Assembly: GCA_017630195.1 (NCBI GenBank)
Contig: JAGBVS010000021.1
Coordinates: forward strand, 39,262 to 103,261
DNA: 64,000 nt
From: Bacteroidales bacterium
GTDB taxonomy: Bacteria > Bacteroidota > Bacteroidia > Bacteroidales > F082
Reading direction: 5' to 3'
Position numbers and translations under genes: made by a program. The notes below the pieces were generated by a model. The model saw only the letters and a program-made list of their open reading frames with translations. It was not told the origin of the DNA and searched no databases. Shown one piece after another: positions 10,014 through 18,717 of this stretch (positions within the stretch are counted from its first letter, which is position 1; each line of letters opens with the position of its first letter).

Positions 10014-10826
10014 TCAAAGAACCTCTTTGATTCTTACGAGTTTTTCGAGTAGTGGTTCCACTAATTCTAAACGAAGCATATTAGCTCCGTCAGATTTTGC
10101 TTCTGATGGATTTGGGTGAGTTTCCATAAAAAGTCCGTCAGCGCCTACCGCTATAGCGGCTTTAGAAATCAGTTCTATGAGTTCAGGTTTGCCACCAGTC
10201 ACACCAGAAGTCTGGTTTGGCTGTTGTAACGAATGGGTTACATCCATAATAACAGGGACGTTACATTGCTGCATATCATAGATATTTCTATAATCAACGA
10301 CTAAATCCTGATAGCCGAAGAAGTTACCTCTTTCTGTAAGCATCACAGAATTATTTCCCATTTGTTGAACTTTCTCCACTGCGAACTTCATCGAAGCCCC
10401 TGACAAAAACTGTCCTTTTTTGATATTAACTGTTTTTCCTGTTTTTGCAGCGGCTACCAACAAATCGGTTTGTCTGCACAAGAATGCCGGAATCTGGAGT
10501 ATATCAACATATTGAGCCGCCAATGATGCTTCTTCCACGGCATGTATGTCAGTGACGACAGGAATGTTAAATTCTTTTTTGATTCCAGCCAAGACATTAA
10601 GAGCCTTCTCATCTCCTATTCCCATAAACGAATCCAAGCGAGAACGATTAGCCTTACGGTATGAACCTTTGAAAACCAATGGAATGTTGTAAGATTCACA
10701 AATCTTGACTAAATGTTCTGCTATTTTGTATGGTGACTCTTCATCTTCAATGACGCAAGGTCCGGCGAGAAGGAAGAATCTATTTTCTTTAAGATTTTTA
10801 AGGAATGGGAAATGAGAATGTTCCAT
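10014..10826 (-). CDS. kdsA: 3-deoxy-8-phosphooctulonate synthase
   Basis: 270 aa with KdsA-typical segments LLAGPCVIE, FKGSYRKANRS, DVTHSLQ. Confidence 0.93.
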   Translation of the reverse strand: MEHSHFPFLKNLKENRFFLLAGPCVIEDEESPYKIAEHLVKICESYNIPLVFKGSYRKANRSRLDSFMGIGDEKALNVLAGIKKEFNIPVVTDIHAVEEASLAAQYVDILQIPAFLCRQTDLLVAAAKTGKTVNIKKGQFLSGASMKFAVEKVQQMGNNSVMLTERGNFFGYQDLVVDYRNIYDMQQCNVPVIMDVTHSLQQPNQTSGVTGGKPELIELISKAAIAVGADGLFMETHPNPSEAKSDGANMLRLELVEPLLEKLVRIKEVL

Positions 10827-10830
10827 ATTG

Positions 10831-11346
10831 TTATTTGTTATAATATTTTAACAATTCAGCGAATGCTATTTTGAACCAAGGTGTATAATTTTGAGGGTTA
10901 TTTTTTATGTCAAGATTTATGTTTTCCATGGTTTCATATTTATATGAAGCAACTTCCTCGGCATTTATCTTTGGCATTTCGTCAGTTGTTCCAACAAAGA
11001 CATGGTCTATCTCATGTTCCATAAGTCCTTGTGTGACATCTGCTTTATATGTAAAATAAAAAATTTCTTCAAGTTGACATTTCATACCCATCTCTTCTTG
11101 GAGGCGGCGTGTTGTGGCTTGTTCGAGAGACTCTTCGTGACGAGGATGCGAACAACAAGTATTAGTCCATAATCCGGGAGTATGATATTTAGAAAAAGCT
11201 CTCTGTTGAAGCAACATTTCACCTTTAGTATTGAACACAAATATAGAGAATGCGCGATGCAACTCAGCTTTCACATGAGCTTCCATCTTCTCCATCAAGC
11301 CTATAGGATTATCGTCAGCATCAACGAGCACTACGTATTCTTGCAT
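10831..11346 (-). CDS. idi: Isopentenyl-diphosphate delta-isomerase, type 1 (Nudix fold)
   Basis: HRAFSIFVFN plus GLWTNTCCSHP (catalytic Cys) plus an EHEIDHVF segment; 171 aa. Confidence 0.9.
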   Translation of the reverse strand: MQEYVVLVDADDNPIGLMEKMEAHVKAELHRAFSIFVFNTKGEMLLQQRAFSKYHTPGLWTNTCCSHPRHEESLEQATTRRLQEEMGMKCQLEEIFYFTYKADVTQGLMEHEIDHVFVGTTDEMPKINAEEVASYKYETMENINLDIKNNPQNYTPWFKIAFAELLKYYNK

Positions 11347-11349
11347 ATT

Positions 11350-11398
11350 TTATAGTTTAAAGTTTATAGTTTAAAGTAGTTTAAAGTAGTTTAAAGTG
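11350..11398. repeat. Tandem word repeat (t)agtttaaagt, about 4 copies, directly upstream of the idi start
   Basis: Read directly: tatagtttaaagt ttatagtttaaagt agtttaaagt agtttaaagt. Confidence 0.9.
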
Positions 11399-11470
11399 AT
11401 GGATACAATTCCCTTTATGTTTATAAACTTCAAACTACTTTTGCCTTTATTCATTAGTCTTTAGACTTTA

Positions 11471-12544
11471 TCAGACATTAAATCTGATATTCAAAATATC
11501 TCCGTCTTGTACGATATAGTTTTTACCTTCCACACGGAATTTGCCGGCTTCTTTCACAGCGGCTTCAGAACCGTATTTAAGGAAATCGTCGGTGCTCATG
11601 ACTTCAGCTCTGATGAAACCGCGTTGCAAATCGGAGTGAATCACGCCGGCAGCAACAGGAGCTGTATCGCCGATATGTATTGTCCAAGCGCGTGTTTCGT
11701 CTGTTCCTGTTGTGAAAAATGATTGTAACTTGAGAGTTTGATAAGCATAACGAACGAGTTTATTGACACCAGGTTCTGTAAGGCCAGCGTCTTCCATGAA
11801 CATAGCTTTATCATCGTCGTCGAGTTCTGCTATTTCAGACTCCAATTTACCAGCGATGATTATCATTTCGTCGCCTTCTTTCAACGAAGCCTTCACTGCT
11901 TCTGAATATTTGTTACCTGTGAGAGCAGAAGCGTCGTCAACGTTGCAAACGTACATAATAGGTTTTGCTGTAAGCAACTGAATATCTTGGATATATTTTT
12001 TATCTTCTTCTGCCACTTTTGCATCACGGGCGTTCTGCATATTTTCAAGAGCCTCTTTATACACGGTAAGCACTTCGTATGCTTTTTTATTGTCTTTCTC
12101 GCCGTTCTTCATAAGTTTTTCAACACGTTGCAACTTACGGGTCACGAGGTCGAGGTCACGCACTTGAAGTTCTAAGTCAACGAGTTCCATATCGCGGACC
12201 GGGTCAACAGAGCCTTCGCTATGAGGAACGTTTTCTTCGTCAAAACAACGAAGAACATGAATGAGAGCATCAACGGTTTGGACCTCAGCGAGCAATTTAT
12301 TACCAACGCCTTCACCACCTTTTGTCAATCCAGGCAAATCGACTATTTCAACAGTTGCCGGAACGATTCTCTTTGAGTGAGAAATATTGTCGATTAATTT
12401 AAGACGTTCGTCACGCACTTCGCACATACCAATGTTTGTCTTTGTAGCGAAACCGCCTATTTCAGCTTTGGTATTTGATATACAATTAAATATAGTAGTT
12501 TTTCCTGTATTGGTCAAACCAATGATTCCACAATTCAATGCCAT
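11471..12544 (-). CDS. ychF: Redox-regulated ATPase YchF (Obg-like GTPase family)
   Basis: G1 motif GIIGLTNTGKTTIFN, and a C-terminal TGS-like region (HSDLQRGFIRAEV). Confidence 0.95.
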   Translation of the reverse strand: MALNCGIIGLTNTGKTTIFNCISNTKAEIGGFATKTNIGMCEVRDERLKLIDNISHSKRIVPATVEIVDLPGLTKGGEGVGNKLLAEVQTVDALIHVLRCFDEENVPHSEGSVDPVRDMELVDLELQVRDLDLVTRKLQRVEKLMKNGEKDNKKAYEVLTVYKEALENMQNARDAKVAEEDKKYIQDIQLLTAKPIMYVCNVDDASALTGNKYSEAVKASLKEGDEMIIIAGKLESEIAELDDDDKAMFMEDAGLTEPGVNKLVRYAYQTLKLQSFFTTGTDETRAWTIHIGDTAPVAAGVIHSDLQRGFIRAEVMSTDDFLKYGSEAAVKEAGKFRVEGKNYIVQDGDILNIRFNV

Positions 12545-12567
12545 AATTATTTATTTTTTTAGTCATG

Positions 12568-12575
12568 CAAAGATA
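12568..12575 (-). promoter_or_regulatory. Bacteroidetes -7 promoter box (TATCTTTG) for ychF
   Basis: The reverse complement of caaagata matches TAnnTTTG, 24 nt upstream of the ATG. TTTG-rich words lie further upstream. Confidence 0.6.
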
Positions 12576-12719
12576 ATAAAAGGCGTAAGACAAAAGGCAA
12601 AAGACAAAAGATTTTTTTGCTGATTCATATTAACACTTTAAAATGCGTTGTTGTTTTATAAAAAATGTCAAAACTGCTTTTTTTATTTTTCAACACGAGT
12701 TTTAAAGCCAATTTTTCAT

Positions 12720-12727
12720 TATCTTTG
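12720..12727 (+). promoter_or_regulatory. Bacteroidetes -7 promoter box (TATCTTTG) for parE
   Basis: TAnnTTTG match 50 nt upstream of the ATG at 12777. Confidence 0.6.
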
Positions 12728-12776
12728 CAGTTAGTTTTTTTATTGAGACATAAAGTATTTTTACCGGAGGAACATT

Positions 12777-14681
12777 ATGGAAAACAACGAGTTGGATTTT
12801 GTAAACATACCAGAATCGGCAGATTATAACGAAGAAAGCATAAAGCACTTGGAGTGGGCTGAACATATCAGGACACGACCTGGGATGTACATCGGCAAGG
12901 CAGGCGACGGATCTGCTCACGATGATGGTATATATGTCCTTCTCAAGGAAATTATCGACAACAGTATAGACGAATACGTGATGGGCTTTGGCAAGACAAT
13001 CGAAGTCAGCATCGTTGACGGCACAGTGCGCGTCCGCGACTACGGACGTGGCATCCCTTTAGGAAGTCTCCGCGACTGCGTCGGACAGATGAACACCGGT
13101 GGCAAATACGACTCAAAAGTATTTAAGAAATCTGTAGGTCTTAACGGCGTCGGTACCAAAGCCGTGAACGCCATGTCGTCACATTTCAAGGCACAATCGT
13201 ATCGCGACGGCAAGACAAAATACGTGGAATATTCCAAAGGCAACATAGTTACAGAATCAGAAATCATTGACAGTGAAGAGAAAAACGGAACAGAGATGAT
13301 CTTCACTCCCGACAGAGAGCTTTTCGGCAACTACCATTATATTATGGAATATGTCGAGGAGATGATCTGGAACTACGCCTTCCTCAACAGCGGCCTCGCC
13401 GTATATCTCAACGGGCAGAAATTCCAGGCAAAGAATGGACTCTACGACTTGCTGCTCCGCAAGATAGGAAAAGAAGAGACTTGCGCCTACCCTGTCATAC
13501 ACATCAAAGAAGGCGACTTTGAATGCGCTTTCACTCATTCAAATCTGACATCAAACGAAGAGTATTTCTCTTTCGCCAACGGTCAACACAACCCACTCGG
13601 AGGAACACACCTCAACGTGTTCCGCGAAGCGATAGCCAAGACCATCAGAGAATTCTATAACAAAGACTACGAGGTGTCAGACATACGCTCTTCTTTCGTG
13701 GCAGCGATAAGCATCAAAGTCATGAATCCTGAATATGAAGGACAGACCAAGACCAAGTTCAGCTCTACCTTCATGGAACCAGACGGCGTGACAATTCGCG
13801 CTTATATCACAGACATCATAAAACGTCATTTCGACAAATTCTTACATATCAATTCAGAAGTGGCAGAGGCTCTTATGCGTAAGATTCTCCAAAACGAGAA
13901 AGAACGCAAGGGAATGGCCAACATCAAGAAACTCGCCAAGGAAAGTGCGAAAAAGGTAAGCCTCAACAACAAGAAACTCCGTGAATGTCGTATCCATTAT
14001 AACACAAACCACGAAAAGAAACTGGAAACCACCTTGTTCATCACCGAGGGCGACTCAGCATCCGGAAGCATCACAAAGAGCCGCGACGCTCAGACACAAG
14101 CCGTCTTCAGTCTTAGAGGCAAACCACTGAACTGCCTCGGCTTGACAAAGAAAGTCGTCTATGAAAACGAAGAGTTCAATCTCCTTCAAGCAGCTCTTAA
14201 CATCGACGAGTCAATAGAAAATTTAAGATATAACAATATCGTTATCGCTACCGATGCCGATGTCGATGGCATGCACATCAGATTGTTGATGCTCATCTTC
14301 TTCTTGCAGTTCTACCCTGACGTAGTTCGTGACGGACACCTTTATATATTGCAGACTCCGCTGTTCCGCGTGAGAAACAAGAAGAAGACTATATATTGCT
14401 ATTCTGACGAAGAAAGAATCGAGGCTATCAAGAGCTTAGGAGCAAATCCGGAAATCACACGATTCAAAGGTCTCGGTGAGATTTCCCCTGACGAATTCAG
14501 CCACTTCATCGGTCCTAACATCAGATTAGAGCCAATCATCTTGCGCCACGACTCCAGCATCATGGAATTGCTGAAATTCTATATGGGAGGCAAGAACCCA
14601 CCAGAGAGACAGAAATATATCATCGACAACCTAAGAATGGAAGACGATACCAATATTGATAAATTAGAGCTTATTGGATGA
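12777..14681 (+). CDS. parE: Type IIA topoisomerase subunit B, most likely topoisomerase IV ParE
   Basis: GHKL N-box EIIDNSIDE, Toprim [11 protein letters not shown] and [12 protein letters not shown]. At 634 aa and with no adjacent gyrA it favours ParE, but GyrB is not excluded. Confidence 0.8.
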   Translation: MENNELDFVNIPESADYNEESIKHLEWAEHIRTRPGMYIGKAGDGSAHDDGIYVLLKEIIDNSIDEYVMGFGKTIEVSIVDGTVRVRDYGRGIPLGSLRDCVGQMNTGGKYDSKVFKKSVGLNGVGTKAVNAMSSHFKAQSYRDGKTKYVEYSKGNIVTESEIIDSEEKNGTEMIFTPDRELFGNYHYIMEYVEEMIWNYAFLNSGLAVYLNGQKFQAKNGLYDLLLRKIGKEETCAYPVIHIKEGDFECAFTHSNLTSNEEYFSFANGQHNPLGGTHLNVFREAIAKTIREFYNKDYEVSDIRSSFVAAISIKVMNPEYEGQTKTKFSSTFMEPDGVTIRAYITDIIKRHFDKFLHINSEVAEALMRKILQNEKERKGMANIKKLAKESAKKVSLNNKKLRECRIHYNTNHEKKLETTLFITEGDSASGSITKSRDAQTQAVFSLRGKPLNCLGLTKKVVYENEEFNLLQAALNIDESIENLRYNNIVIATDADVDGMHIRLLMLIFFLQFYPDVVRDGHLYILQTPLFRVRNKKKTIYCYSDEERIEAIKSLGANPEITRFKGLGEISPDEFSHFIGPNIRLEPIILRHDSSIMELLKFYMGGKNPPERQKYIIDNLRMEDDTNIDKLELIG

Positions 14682-14691
14682 TAATATCATT

Positions 14692-14737
14692 AGGAATGTG
14701 GAATTAGAAATTATTTTCTGGACACATTCCTTTTTTC
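14692..14737 (+). terminator. Rho-independent terminator of parE
   Basis: aggaatgtg ... cacattcct stem with inner agaaa/tttct pairing, followed by tttttt. Confidence 0.6.
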
Positions 14738-14769
14738 ATTATGTCAAAATTCAAAACGTAAGACAAGAA

Positions 14770-14824
14770 TAAAAAAAACAGACGCTTCAATGTGTGTTAA
14801 TTTTTGGAAACATTGAAACGTCTC
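14770..14824 (-). terminator. Rho-independent terminator of the MATE gene
   Basis: On the minus strand, agacgtttcaatgt ... acattgaagcgtct forms a 14-bp stem with one G-U pair, followed by a T8 run. Confidence 0.65.
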
Positions 14825-14835
14825 TACATTTGCTC

Positions 14836-16158
14836 CTAACTCCTAACTAATTTCCTAAATCTCGTTATAAACAATATCGCAGCCAATAAGATTCCTGCCA
14901 TGAAACCACCGACAATGCCTTCTGCTCCGAGACCAAGTTTAAAACCAAGAAGATAACCTACTGGTATTTCAACCAAGATATAACATATCAATGCACAATA
15001 CATAGGAAATTTCACGTCGGTGAGTCCGCGCAAAGCTCCAAGCATAGTGACTTGTGTTCCATCGATGACTTCAAAGAAAGCAACGACGACAAACAATCTC
15101 GTCGTTATAGCGACAACATCTTCATCAGAACTGAAAATCATTGCCAAGTACTCGCCTCCGAAAGCGTATAACAAAGCGAAGAACACCATAATAGCGATGC
15201 CGAGATGAACACCAGAATAAGCGTGATTCTTGATAGAGTCCATATCTTTACGTCCCAAGTCATGAGAGACAAGAATCGTGGAGGCAGACGCCACACCGTT
15301 GGCAATCATAAAGGAAAATCCTATCATAGTCTGCACTATCTGGTTAGCAGCCAGCGTCTTCTCCCCTAACCATCCCATCATGATAGTCATGAATGTCAAA
15401 GAGAAAAGCTCGAGAGTGAGCTGCGTCGCAATAGGATAACCGACTTTAAGAACCTCGATTTGTTTTTTGAAAGAAATGTTTGCTCTTTTAAAATAAGAAA
15501 AATAATTTCTATATTCTTTTTTAATCAAAACAATGATGACAAACGCTATCGGCATCATGATTCTTGAAATGAGAGTAGCGACGCCTGCGCCGGTGACGCC
15601 GAGTTCAGGAAATCCCATATAACCATAGATGAAACCGAAGTTAAGGAAGATATTCAGGGCGTTGCAGCCTATCGTTATCAGCATGGAATAGAACGTATTG
15701 CCGAGGCCTTCGAGCATCTGCTTGAAAGACATAAACAGCATATATGGTATCAAGGAAAACGTAACGGTATAATAATAGCCATCCAAGATACCTAGCACCG
15801 ACTCAGGCTGACCGAACAGACGCAGCATCGGGTTGATGGCAAGGAGAAGTCCGCAGAGTATGATGCTTATCATGACGTTAAGCAGCATAGAGTTTTGGAA
15901 CAGAATTCCCGACTGCTGGCGTTCGTTTCTCGCATGATGCACCCCGACCAAAGGAGTGAGACCCATCGCGATACCGAGTCCAATCATGGTGATGTTGGTG
16001 ATGATAGCACTTGAGAGCGAAACTGCCGACAGTTCAACCGCGCCGAGGCGACCCACCATGATAGTATCCATAACCTGCACCAATTGCTGTCCCGCGAACG
16101 ACAATATCACCGGGAACGCAATACGAAGATTTTCTATGTAGTATTTTTTGTTTATCAT
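14836..16158 (-). CDS. MATE family multidrug efflux transporter
   Basis: 440 aa with about 12 TM segments. The N-terminus (ILSFAGQQLVQVMDTIMVGRLG) is typical of the NorM/MATE family. Confidence 0.9.
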   Translation of the reverse strand: MINKKYYIENLRIAFPVILSFAGQQLVQVMDTIMVGRLGAVELSAVSLSSAIITNITMIGLGIAMGLTPLVGVHHARNERQQSGILFQNSMLLNVMISIILCGLLLAINPMLRLFGQPESVLGILDGYYYTVTFSLIPYMLFMSFKQMLEGLGNTFYSMLITIGCNALNIFLNFGFIYGYMGFPELGVTGAGVATLISRIMMPIAFVIIVLIKKEYRNYFSYFKRANISFKKQIEVLKVGYPIATQLTLELFSLTFMTIMMGWLGEKTLAANQIVQTMIGFSFMIANGVASASTILVSHDLGRKDMDSIKNHAYSGVHLGIAIMVFFALLYAFGGEYLAMIFSSDEDVVAITTRLFVVVAFFEVIDGTQVTMLGALRGLTDVKFPMYCALICYILVEIPVGYLLGFKLGLGAEGIVGGFMAGILLAAILFITRFRKLVRS

Positions 16159-16308
16159 AATTTTACTTTAGCATTTAGCCCTTGGCCATTAGCCATTTGT
16201 CTTTTGTCTTTATCCAACAAAAAAACGCCTTGTCGAACCTTAACTTTTGCATTTACAAAAGGACGTCGGTTCAGCAAGACGTGCGAGTGCAAAAATACGA
16301 AAAAAATC

Positions 16309-16866
16309 CTACCCTACCATATCATTTATGTCATAATAAAGAAGTCTTGTTATATTATCCGATTCTTCTTTTCTAAGATACTGAAAATCGTTGTTTTCAT
16401 AAAAAGACAATGCAGCAGAATAAGCATCAACAGTTATGAAACGACAGCCTGTCTTGTTATCCACAAGAAAATACGATTTAATGAAATCAAGCAATATGGA
16501 ACCTATTCCGTTTCCATGAAAATCCTCATCAACACCCAGTCGGCATATCTTAACTGCAGGATAGCTTCTGATACGTTTCTCATTTACAAAACGAGTACGT
16601 CTGAAACGATTAAATTCCGTTTTATCATTGAAATCAGTTAATGAAACTCTATCGTTAGCCAGACTGAAATAACCAATAACCTTCTTTGATTCTTTATGTT
16701 CGAAAATATAAGTTACCGCTAACAAGGCTTTTCTATACAAATCCGACTGATTCAAGATAAAGTCGTTCAAATCAGCATCGCCGCAATTAAACGACTTTAC
16801 TCTCTCATCTTTTTGCAATCTTCGCACTTTATAAGCGCCAAAATCACCATTATGAAAATTAGTCAT
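16309..16866 (-). CDS. GNAT N-acetyltransferase, toxin-like (TacT/AtaT-type architecture)
   Basis: The FNCGDADLNDFIL ... VIGYFSLAND ... ICRLGVDEDFHGNGIGSILL pattern resembles GNAT toxins. The start is taken at ATG 16866; the track start 16881 is also possible. Confidence 0.7.
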   Translation of the reverse strand: MTNFHNGDFGAYKVRRLQKDERVKSFNCGDADLNDFILNQSDLYRKALLAVTYIFEHKESKKVIGYFSLANDRVSLTDFNDKTEFNRFRRTRFVNEKRIRSYPAVKICRLGVDEDFHGNGIGSILLDFIKSYFLVDNKTGCRFITVDAYSAALSFYENNDFQYLRKEESDNITRLLYYDINDMVG

Positions 16867-16870
16867 AAAA

Positions 16871-17023
16871 TTATCCTTCAAAGATCTTCATTATCATTTC
16901 ATAATTCCTGATACGTCTAGCCTTCTTTTCTGGATCTTCATAACGTTTTTCATTCATGCGCTCTTCAAATCTACGAGCGTCTTCTCCGTACAATATCGGA
17001 GTTTCTTTAATAGGACGTGCCAT
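16871..17023 (-). CDS. 50-aa putative antitoxin/partner of the GNAT protein
   Basis: Below the ORF-track cutoff. My translation is MARPIKETPILYGEDARRFEERMNEKRYEDPEKKARRIRNYEMIMKIFEG. It ends 4 nt before the GNAT ATG, and a TAATTTTG box lies about 20 nt upstream. Confidence 0.45.
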   Translation of the reverse strand: MARPIKETPILYGEDARRFEERMNEKRYEDPEKKARRIRNYEMIMKIFEG

Positions 17024-17244
17024 AATTTTCAGTTTTTAAAATTCATTGCAAAATTACATCCAAACTCATTAAAAGTCAAGAACTTTTTTCTTAAAAATTA
17101 TTAAGAGAAAATGTGAATTTTGAACTAATAATTTTCCATTTTCAGACTCATTAACTATCCATTTTTCATTTCATAGGTATATCGACACGTTTCAACTAAT
17201 TTTCAATTCTCTTATAGTCTTGTTGACTTGTAGTCTTTTCCTTT

Positions 17245-17351
17245 GGGCGTTCCGGCTCCGCCGTCGGGCTTTCCGCTATATCTTTTTTCGCTCCGACTTC
17301 GCATCCGTCTCCGTCTCCGCAAAAAAGGATGCCGCTCCAATCCCTAACGCA
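17245..17351. repeat. GC-rich interspersed element, copy A
   Basis: gggcgttccggctccgccgtcgggctttccgctatatcttt ... aaaggatgccgctccaatccctaacgca. The flanks are near-identical to copy B at 34627-34710. Confidence 0.9.
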
Positions 17352-17561
17352 TTGGGGCTACTAACACCAAGTCGCAAGCCTTGACCTAAATTTATTTTCT
17401 CTCGCAAAGACGCGAAGAAACACAAAGAAATTTAAAAGTCTCTGCGATACTCTGCGTCTCTGCGAGAGTACTACCCCAAAAGTCACTCCCACAGTCGCAT
17501 CAACGCCAGCGATGATGAAAGATTAGAGTTTTTCGCGGTGGTGGCAGAGCAGCAACAAAAA

Positions 17562-17596
17562 CAAAAAAAGAGCACCACATCTCAATGCAGCACTCT
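17562..17596 (-). terminator. Rho-independent terminator after the beta-propeller lipoprotein gene
   Basis: On the minus strand, AGAGTGCT...GGTGCTCT forms a stem followed by T7. It is homologous to the terminator at 35044-35077, with compensatory changes. Confidence 0.6.
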
Positions 17597-17632
17597 TACT
17601 TGTAGTCTTGTATTCTCGTTGTCTTGTAGTCT

Positions 17633-18715
17633 TTAATTAAACATCATCGCTCCTGGAACAATGCCGGCTTCAAATTTTGTCACGAAATTGCCGTTAGAAT
17701 CGAAGCGTAATACATCGCCGTTCTGCACGTAGTTCTTCACATCTGTAAGGTAAATGTCGCCATCCTCAGAAACTGCCACTGTCGAGAACACCATACTTTG
17801 GCTGTTGGCTGTTGGCTGTTGGCTATCGACAAACGGAGTTGTTGGAAGTTCATTTGCTTCAACCGACATCTTATATAAATCCAAAGTGCCGAAGCCGCCG
17901 TTCAAAATAAAGAGGTTCTCCCCTGCTTTGTCAATAGCCATTGATGATGGATAATCGCCTTCCGCAAAGTCGAAGCGTTTGACAATCTCTCTTGTCTTTG
18001 GATTGATGCAGAACAAAGCCGGCTCACATGGTGGCATGTAACCGCCGCTGCATAAAACCCAGATATTGTCATTTTTATCCAAAACGATGCTATGTGGTTC
18101 TGCTGTAACCGCCATCTCATCAACGAGTTGGTCTGTCGCAATATCAACAAACTGTATTGTCGAATTCGATGTTCCTGGCTGATAATAATTCGACCAATTT
18201 GTCACCACAACTTCATTGCCGACGCGCACCATTTTTTCCGTTGTGTTGCCTGTCTCAACGAAACCTGTCTTCTGCATTGTCTCAGGATTGAAAATCCAAA
18301 GTCCAGTTGATTCTTGGTCTGAGAGATATGCCTTGTTTTTATTAATGAGCATGATATGACGTGGAGAAGTAAGACCATCTAATTTAGCTTCATATTTCAA
18401 AGTCTTTTCATCGACTTTATAAACGTACTTGCTGTTATTCACCACGATATACATTCCGTTTTCGTCAATTGCCATAGAGTTGGCAACATCGCCGAGCGGA
18501 GCGAGATTAACTTTATAAAACAGATTGTTTTCCACCGTGTCAGCCTCCGGGTCATAAAATGTCAATGATGAATTGGCATACGTGAATGTTCCTTCATTCA
18601 AGATAAACAATCCCTTGGCGATGTTTTTGTCTTCCGATTCAGTATTATCGCCTCCACATGAGACGAAAGCCAAGATAATTCCTAATAATAAAATGTTAAA
18701 GAGTGTTTTTTTCAT
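17633..18715 (-). CDS. Surface lipoprotein, YncE/DUF5074-like beta-propeller (BtuG-like candidate)
   Basis: Lipobox LAFVSCGG. The sequence is repeat-rich and propeller-like. The gene lies 2 nt downstream of the riboswitch-controlled TonB receptor gene, and Bacteroides B12 loci pair BtuB with the propeller lipoprotein BtuG. Confidence 0.55.
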   Translation of the reverse strand: MKKTLFNILLLGIILAFVSCGGDNTESEDKNIAKGLFILNEGTFTYANSSLTFYDPEADTVENNLFYKVNLAPLGDVANSMAIDENGMYIVVNNSKYVYKVDEKTLKYEAKLDGLTSPRHIMLINKNKAYLSDQESTGLWIFNPETMQKTGFVETGNTTEKMVRVGNEVVVTNWSNYYQPGTSNSTIQFVDIATDQLVDEMAVTAEPHSIVLDKNDNIWVLCSGGYMPPCEPALFCINPKTREIVKRFDFAEGDYPSSMAIDKAGENLFILNGGFGTLDLYKMSVEANELPTTPFVDSQQPTANSQSMVFSTVAVSEDGDIYLTDVKNYVQNGDVLRFDSNGNFVTKFEAGIVPGAMMFN

Positions 18716-18717
18716 AT

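Noticed and set aside
16084-16641. 185-aa plus-strand ORF (and many similar track ORFs, e.g. 642..1093, 1456..2185, 22576..24363, 25423..27594, 30272..31365, 32571..34424)
   Set aside because: These are antisense to, or nested in, strongly supported genes. Their translations are low-complexity or Cys/Leu/Ser-rich and carry no motifs, so they are shadow ORFs.
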